Assembly (NCBI GenBank): GCA_964057225.1 | Contig: OZ059895.1 | Location: 13,888,001-13,952,000 of the forward strand | Source: Auanema rhodensis | Lineage: Eukaryota > Animalia > Nematoda | Length of the DNA stretch: 64,000 nucleotides | Direction of reading: 5' to 3' | Shown here: positions 56,897-64,000 of the stretch, in pieces | Layout: every line of letters begins with the position of its first letter | Position numbering within the stretch: the first letter of the stretch is position 1 | Program-made: the position numbers and the translations under genes | The notes under the pieces: model-generated | Seen by the model: only the letters and a program-made list of their open reading frames with translations | What the model was told of the DNA's origin: nothing | The model's database searches: none

Positions 56897-57223
56897 CTAT
56901 TTGAGATTAACGCCAAAGCCTGCTTTATCTGCTTCGATAAGTTCACGTTCTAAGCGCTCTCGCTCTTCCTGTCTAAGTGGCCTTACGTATTTATAGTAAA
57001 TACCGGTGTTCACGATACAATAGGAAGTACTGAATAAAATAAATCCAAGGATTGATCTAACAAAAGCTGAAACAAAATAAAAGTTACGAGGCATCATAAG
57101 ACAACAAGACAAACTCTTGTGAAGTATATCCAAGCGACGATTAGTGAAGATACGACGATATAATGGTCGTCTGTCCTCCCTTCTGCGTGATACCGTTGCC
57201 CAAAAGCTTGGGCTAAGAAACAT
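56897..57223 (-). CDS. COX14-like cytochrome c oxidase assembly microprotein, ~92 aa after removing a 48-nt in-frame intron
   Basis: MFLSPSFWATVSRRRED...RRLDILHK|TFVRSILGFILFSTSYCIVNTGIYYKYVRPLRQEERE. An Arg-rich presequence, then DxxHK, one TM helix and a charged tail, as in COX14. The ATG is preceded by a TTTTGCAG acceptor. Confidence 0.7.
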   Translation of the reverse strand: MFLSPSFWATVSRRREDRRPLYRRIFTNRRLDILHKSLSCCLMMPRNFYFVSAFVRSILGFILFSTSYCIVNTGIYYKYVRPLRQEERERLERELIEADKAGFGVNLK

Positions 57224-57600
57224 TGACCTGCAAAAGCGTTTGCATATTAATCATTTCTGAACAACTTAAAACAACTCAGAAAAGAAAAAAAACATTTAGA
57301 TTCGTAAGCAACTAAATCTTGATTGCTCTTGTTTTTATTAACAGAAAATCTGTAGAAACCGCTAGAAATTATGTAATTAATAGTAAAACAATGTTAGTTT
57401 CTAGTTTGAAATAGCAACATATGTTTCTTGTATATAATTTACCAAATATAAAATAGTTTAATTTTATTCCATGAATTGCTAACATATACATATAAAATAT
57501 CTTAATTAAGAATAAATTAAATTTCCAAAAAATAAAATTTTAAGAATAGACTTTTCACTCATCTAAGAAAAATTGGTCTTGAGAAGATTTAAACAAATAG

Positions 57601-57660
57601 CATTCGGACGGTCGCCGCCCTTTACTGCTCAATAGAGAGAGAACGTTGCTGTAACTGCCA
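57601..57660. promoter_or_regulatory. Probable bidirectional promoter core between the COX14-like gene and rde-4
   Basis: The only GC-rich patch (cggacggtcgccgccc...gagagaga) in an otherwise very AT-rich ~600-nt head-to-head interval. Confidence 0.4.
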
Positions 57661-57825
57661 AGTAGTAATTTAAAAATATTTTATATGTTTGGTCTTATAA
57701 TCAATGATTTTATTCTCTGAAATGATGTTTTTGACCGTATCTGATTACTATTTGCTTAACCGTGCTTCTTTTAGCTGTGTAGTTCACATTTATAGTACGA
57801 AAACGTATCCACTTTTATAGATATT

Positions 57826-59345
57826 ATGCCTCAGGATGTCAAAAGTCTTGATGACCTATTTGAAATTGTTCGGCCTGATGCTCCTGTACATTTAGAATGT
57901 TTAGAGTCTAATGTACCTTCTTCGACTCTTACCGTATGGTATTAACGCTGGTCCCTCTCATTGAATATTTTGTAGAAGACCCCTGTCTCCATTTTGGAGG
58001 AAGGATGTCCTCGGCTTTTTGATTGCTCTCCAAAATTTAGTGTGATATCTGAGCAAGAATATAATGTATGACTATCATCGCCAACTCATTTAGTTATGTT
58101 TTTTGTTTTCGGCTTCTATCTTTATCATGACATGTCGGGTGAATAGTCATCAAACTGAAGGTAAAGGAAAGTCGAAAAAAGTTGCGAAGCAGCTTGCTGC
58201 ATCAAACATGCTTATGCTGTTGTTGGAGCGGAATATCTCTTACGCCGAAAAATTTGGGCTCTCCGTGGAAAGTTTGGAGCAAGCGCGTATTTTTATGTTT
58301 GTTAGCTTTTTCGTTGCACTAGTGGTATATGAGAGCTTTCAGCGAATCTTCGATTCCGGATACTGAACTTCCAGGTACTTGTTCGGATTTCATTCCGGGA
58401 CAAAATTATATTAATCAGCTTACTGAAGTGTGCGTTGAAAATCTTTTTTTGTTGAGATTAGATTCTTTTAAAGGTGTAAGAAAAATAAACTGGACTCCCC
58501 ATTTTTTACTCAATCGGAAGAGGGTGCACCAAATGACAGAATTTATACCACTATCTGTCAGGTATTAGCGTAGCGTAGTTTAATTGAACTTTCGAACGTT
58601 TAGATTGGAGATGTGTCAGCTAAAGGACAAGCTAAACAAAAAAAAATGTCCAAAAGTTGTGCATCTTATGAAATGTTGAAAAAAATAGATGCTGGGTTAG
58701 TTCTCCCAGCTATTGAAGAAGTCGCTGTAGGTATGCTCTACATACGGGTTAACTAGTTCAATGCCACATTTTGTCCTTTAGGCTCCGACGTGAAGTATAA
58801 AAGTATTCCACCGGGAGATGACTTAGGGGCACCCATTTCCACTGACCCACAACTTGATTTAGAAACTTCTCTTCAAAATCTCAATCTTACTGATTTCAAT
58901 AAAGAATTTAAGATGCTAGAATCTAGATCTCTTTATGGTAGGTAGTGTTTTAAGGAATCTGATAAAGATTGATTGCGCTTATGAGAATTTACTTGCCGCT
59001 CTATTACGTGATAATGACCGTTCTCTGGTTCTTCTATCAATTTGGGTCTTCGCATCAATTATTCAGATTATCATTCGCGCAGTCAGTTACTTTCCACACG
59101 TGGCATTTAGCGAGAAAGGTCATTTCTCTAGTTGTCATATATCACAGATTATATCATTTTGATTTGCTGTATATTGGCTGTTAACTACTTCAACATATTT
59201 AGATAATCACCAATGTATGCTCAAGATTAGTTTTAAAAATGGTGACACTAAGACAACCGTTATCTTTCCCGGGATTGGTGATACGGAAGATGATGCTCGC
59301 AAGTGTGCAGCGAAAGAAGCAATTCTTCGTTTTTCTTCGCTTTGA
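57826..59345 (+). CDS. rde-4: RDE-4-like dsRNA-binding Dicer partner (2 dsRBDs plus a degenerate third)
   Basis: KTPVSILEE...GKGKSKKVAKQLAA (dsRBD1); NYINQLTEVCKKNKL...KGQAKQKKMSKSCAS (dsRBD2); HQCMLKISF...VIFPGIGDTEDDARKCAAKEAILRF*, which parallels the recalled RDE-4 C-terminus. The intron 2 acceptor is anomalous. Confidence 0.82.
58956..59180. ncRNA. Candidate structured RNA within the last intron of rde-4
   Basis: A 266-nt intron among ~45-nt introns, with two long enclosing helices and a 12/13-nt cross-pairing (see finding). Confidence 0.4.
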
Positions 59346-59511
59346 ATTAAAACTTCTATACTAATAATTATGTACATTGAGATATTCTATGAATGCATGT
59401 TTTTTTCCGTCTTAATTATTTTCTCATGTCGTATATATCGGAGTTATACATCATGTCTTGCTTGAAAAGTTTTGAATTGGATATTTTTTCCAGGTTTTGG
59501 GTTTCGCTATC

Positions 59512-61204
59512 ATGTCTCTGTCTGCTAATATCCTCAGAAGAACTTCCAGTCTTCTTTCTAAGGTAAGCGATTGGGTATTATGATATGTTGTTAATATGGA
59601 GTCCTTAGGCTTCTGGAGTTCCAGCTTGCTCATCAGTTGGATTCTCCACTGGTGCCGATCAATCAGCCAACTTGAAGGAAGTTTTGGCTAAGAAGATTCC
59701 TGCTCACAATGCCAAGGTTAAGGAGTTCAGAGGAAAGCACGCTAGCACTGTTGTGCAACAAGTTAATGTTGACATGGTATGTAATTATTTTAGCTGAATA
59801 TCATAGATATGAAATATTCCATTTCAGATTTACGGAGGTATGAGATCCATGAAGGGTATGGTCACTGAAACCTCTGTCCTCGACCCCGAGGAGGGTATCC
59901 GTTTCAGAGGATATTCCATCCCTGAATGCCAGAAGCTTCTTCCTAAGGCTGCTGGAGGTGAAGAGCCTATCCCAGAAGGAATCTGGTGGCTCCTCTGTAC
60001 TGGAGATATTCCATCCGAGAAGCAGGTAATAACTTGTTAAGTCTGCTTTCATTCAAATATGTTTTATAGGTTGCTGCTATCACCAAGGAATGGAATGCTC
60101 GTGCTGATCTCCCAGCTCACGTCGCTAGAATGTTAGACAACTTCCCAGATAATCTCCATCCAATGGCTCAATTCGTTGCTGCTATTGCTGCTTTGAACAA
60201 TGAAAGCAAGTTCGCTGCTGCTTACGCACGTGGAGTACCAAAGTCCGCCTACTGGGAGTATGCTTATGAAGATTCCATGGATCTTCTCGCCAAGCTCCCA
60301 ACTGTTGCTGCCATGATCTACCGCAACTTATACCGCGATGGATCCGCTGTAGGAGTTATCGACCCCAAGAAGGATTGGTATGAACTAAAATGAATCTCTT
60401 AGGTTTTACATCTAATTTTAGGTCTGCTAACTTCTGTTCCATGCTCGGATATGATGACCCATTATTCGCTGAGCTCATGCGTTTGTACCTCGTTATCCAC
60501 TCTGACCATGAAGGAGGAAATGTTTCTGCCCACACATCTCACCTTGTAGGATCGGCTCTTTCTGATCCATATCTCTCATTCTCTGCTGCTATGGCAGGTC
60601 TTGCTGGTCCACTCCATGGACTTGCTAATCAAGAAGTAGTAATAGGTTGTATTTCGCCATAACATTAATTTTTCTAGGTCTTGGTATTCTTGAACAAGAT
60701 TGTCTCTGAAGTTGGATTCAACTACTCAGAAGAACAACTCAAGGAATGGGTCTGGAAGCATCTTAAGAGCGGCCAAGTCGTCCCTGGATACGGACACGCC
60801 GTTCTTCGTAAGACTGACCCACGTTACGAATGCCAGCGCGAGTTTGCTCTCAAGCACTTGCCAAAGGATGACTTATTCCGTCTTGTATCCACCCTTTACA
60901 AGGTTACTCCCGATATCCTTCTCGAGCAAGGAAAGGTATGTTCATTTGCTATTTTAATTTTTAATCGCATTATATCTAGGCCAAGAACCCATGGCCAAAT
61001 GTTGATGCTCACTCAGGAGTCCTTCTTCAATACTTCGGAATGACTGAAATGTCCTTCTACACCGTTCTCTTCGGAGTTTCTCGCGCTCTCGGATGTCTTT
61101 CTCAACTCATCTGGGCTCGTGGTATGGGACTTCCTCTTGAACGCCCCAAGTCTCACTCTACCGAAGGATTGATGAAGCTTGCTGCTGCTGCTAGCAAGAA
61201 CTAA
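59512..61204 (+). CDS. cts-1: Citrate synthase, mitochondrial (copy 1, complete)
   Basis: [84 protein letters not shown]; N-terminal presequence; strong codon bias. Confidence 0.98.
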
Positions 61205-62613
61205 ACTCTATGCACTCGTTTTTTTTAGTTTTGATCCCCACATCTTAGAGATCATAGATATATTCTGAGAATGTAGATCATGATTACATTTCCCTTTCAT
61301 ATGTGAATTGCATTGTCATTGGGAATTTCTAATAAATATAATACTTACTAGTAAATATAGTTTCTGTTTATAAGAATTTCAACTGAAGGGTATATCGCAA
61401 CTTAATTGATATTACTTAAAACCAATTATGAAACATACCAATGCCATGGTTTTGGTTACGTAGTTTTTTCTTCGATGATCCAACTTTATTTTCATTGTAC
61501 TGTGTTCACCATTCTAAATTTGTTCGCAAAGAAGAAAACGTTTTACAAATTTCGAACCAATATGATAATAATAGAAGATGAACATGAAAGATTTTGAAGA
61601 TTGTTGAATAAATCCATGTACTAGCAAATTGCAAGAATTTCCAAGATATGATTTAATAAATTAAGTATTTTCCATTTTGCTATATTTGACTTTGAACTTT
61701 CAAAATCAAAGTATTGAAAAAATAAATATTATCGAAATAAAACAAACATGAAAAACGCGATGGTCATGTGTTCCACTTGGTTCTTGCGAATTAATCTCTT
61801 ACATGAAAAAAAAGCATTTTTAATTATCAAAATGGTCATTCATAGATGGGTGTGCTTTGGACTTAGCATTCTCTCCATTCTACAAATTGCCTTTTGATTG
61901 TTTATGTTGTCTTTATACCATAAATAAATAGCAATAATCTAGGAATGTCTTAGATTCAAGACTAAGAACTTAGTTCATGCCGTGTGACCAGCGGCGGTAC
62001 GTGGTCACCTTTTTTGTATTTTCATTTGAAGAGCAAAGGCTACAAATTTCAAAGATGCAACGCTCCAGATTCAAGATCTTCATTGTTAAGAAACTTATAT
62101 ATTGCGCGATGTGCGGAAGGTCAATCTGTAATCAAAGTCATTTTGTCTACGATCGTTTTAAGGGTTTATGCGCTCAGTTGTTCTATTCGTAAGGTTTTGG
62201 TTATATATGTGATAAATGGTTTTTTCAACATAAAATATAATTTTATATTTTTTTTTGTCATAAAATACATTCTTTAGAAGTATGACTTATGATGTGATTA
62301 AAGGTTTTCGCAAAATCATCATTAATAAATGAAGAGTCTTGGTAATTGATTCCTTTAATGATAATTGGGGGACTGGTCTGGAACAAATATTTATGTATTA
62401 CTTTTATCTCAAAATAATGCTTGCTTTGTACCTATTAGTTCAGATACTTATCTAATTTTTATGCTGAGTTACATTATCGTTTTTATGATTTGCTTTTACC
62501 TTTAGTTAACATTATTGTTTTTGTTACGTGTCGTATATATCGGAGTTATACATCATGTCTTGCTTGAAAAGTTTTGAATTGGATATTTTTTCCAGGTTTT
62601 GGGTTTCGCTATC

Positions 62614-64000
62614 ATGTCTCTGTCTGCTAATATCCTCAGAAGAACTTCCAGTCTTCTTTCTAAGGTAAGCGATTGGGTATTATGATATGTTGTTAATATG
62701 GAGTCCTTAGGCTTCTGGAGTTCCAGCTTGCTCATCAGTTGGATTCTCCACTGGTGCCGATCAATCAGCCAACTTGAAAGAAGTTTTGGCTAAGAAGATT
62801 CCTGCTCACAATGCCAAGGTTAAGGAGTTCAGAGGAAAGCACGCTAGCACTGTTGTGCAACAAGTTAATGTTGACATGGTATGTAATTATTTTAGCTGAA
62901 TATCATAGATATGAAATATTCCATTTCAGATTTACGGAGGTATGAGATCCATGAAGGGTATGGTCACTGAAACCTCTGTCCTCGACCCCGAGGAGGGTAT
63001 CCGTTTCAGAGGATATTCCATCCCTGAATGCCAGAAGCTTCTTCCTAAGGCTGCTGGAGGTGAAGAGCCTATCCCAGAAGGAATCTGGTGGCTCCTCTGT
63101 ACTGGAGATATTCCATCCGAGAAGCAGGTAATAACTTGTTAAGTCTGCTTTCATTCAAATATGTTTTATAGGTTGCTGCTATCACCAAGGAATGGAATGC
63201 TCGTGCTGATCTCCCAGCTCACGTCGCTAGAATGTTAGACAACTTCCCAGATAATCTCCATCCAATGGCTCAATTCGTTGCTGCTATTGCTGCTTTGAAC
63301 AATGAAAGCAAGTTCGCTGCTGCTTACGCACGTGGAGTACCAAAGTCCGCCTACTGGGAGTATGCTTATGAAGATTCCATGGATCTTCTCGCCAAGCTCC
63401 CAACTGTTGCTGCCATGATCTACCGCAACTTATACCGCGATGGATCCGCTGTAGGAGTTATCGACCCCAAGAAGGATTGGTATGAACTAAAATGAATCTC
63501 TTAGGTTTTACATCTAATTTTAGGTCTGCTAACTTCTGTTCCATGCTCGGATATGATGACCCATTATTCGCTGAGCTCATGCGTTTGTACCTCGTTATCC
63601 ACTCTGACCATGAAGGAGGAAATGTTTCTGCCCACACATCTCACCTTGTAGGATCGGCTCTTTCTGATCCATATCTCTCATTCTCTGCTGCTATGGCAGG
63701 TCTTGCTGGTCCACTCCATGGACTTGCTAATCAAGAAGTAGTAATAGATTGTATTTCGCCATAACATTAATTTTTCTAGGTCTTGGTATTCTTGAACAAG
63801 ATTGTCTCTGAAGTTGGATTCAACTACTCAGAAGAACAACTCAAGGAATGGGTCTGGAAGCATCTTAAGAGCGGCCAAGTCGTCCCTGGATACGGACACG
63901 CCGTTCTTCGTAAGACTGACCCACGTTACGAATGCCAGCGCGAGTTTGCTCTCAAGCACTTGCCAAAGGATGACTTATTCCGTCTTGTATCCACCCTTTA
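62614..64000 (+). CDS. cts-1: Citrate synthase (copy 2, runs off the window end)
   Basis: Near-identical to copy 1, including introns, at an offset of 3102 nt. Confidence 0.93.

Larger units (their letters stand above)
59427..64000 (+). repeat. Direct segmental duplication: 59427-60898 matches 62529-64000
   Basis: Identity starts at tgtcgtatatatcggag in both copies. Two substitutions seen by eye (59677 G / 62779 A; 60646 G / 63748 A). Confidence 0.95.

Noticed and set aside
58428-58473. Apparent second non-canonical junction in rde-4
   Set aside because: Resolved by a phase-2 donor: GAA GT|GTGCGT...AAAG|G TGT is GT-AG.
59013-59130. Resemblance to U3 snoRNA box C and box A sequences
   Set aside because: The boxes are in the wrong order and there is no terminal box D.
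58935-59184. ORFs of 75 and 71 aa inside rde-4
   Set aside because: They lie in the intron; the flanking exons join in frame and match the RDE-4 C-terminal pattern without them.
61400-62280. Short ORFs between the cts-1 copies
   Set aside because: No consistent spliced model or recognisable motif on either strand; at most pseudogene debris.
59451-63154. Minus-strand ORFs MSKLELQ... and MKADLTS..., each present twice
   Set aside because: Antisense shadows of cts-1 exons and introns, repeated only because of the duplication.

Overview
AT-rich eukaryotic DNA from a rhabditid-type nematode (inferred from ~41-55 nt introns, TTTCAG-like and trans-splice-like acceptors, and nematode-specific gene families). 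Gene models were assembled by eye from GT..AG junctions, so exon limits are approximate. Left to right: the 3' part of a GH20 hexosaminidase (hex-3-like), tmie-1 and the UBE3B-type HECT ligase oxi-1 in an operon-like cluster; a decayed retrotransposon gag-like remnant; an Sra/Srb/Srab-type chemoreceptor; a CCK-receptor-like GPCR (minus); a ~14 kb microsatellite-rich gene desert; an orphan class-A-like GPCR; two tandem giant Kunitz/EB/Lustrin Cys-rich paralogs; an AIP3-domain SRCIN1/KIAA1217-like gene with two alternative starts; two mitochondrial microprotein genes on the minus strand (COX14-like, SMIM4/UQCC5-like); rde-4; and two near-identical tandem cts-1 copies. Most notable: (1) the COX14-like and SMIM4-like ORFs are separated only by a 44-nt GT-AG intron-like spacer whose removal gives TAA-AT-ATG, a candidate spliced dicistronic mRNA; (2) rde-4 has an intron with no proper AG acceptor and an oversized, highly self-complementary last intron; (3) a structured GC-rich element sits upstream of tmie-1; (4) AAG splice acceptors are unusually frequent; (5) the cts-1 duplication is very recent and breaks inside the rde-4/cts-1 spacer.
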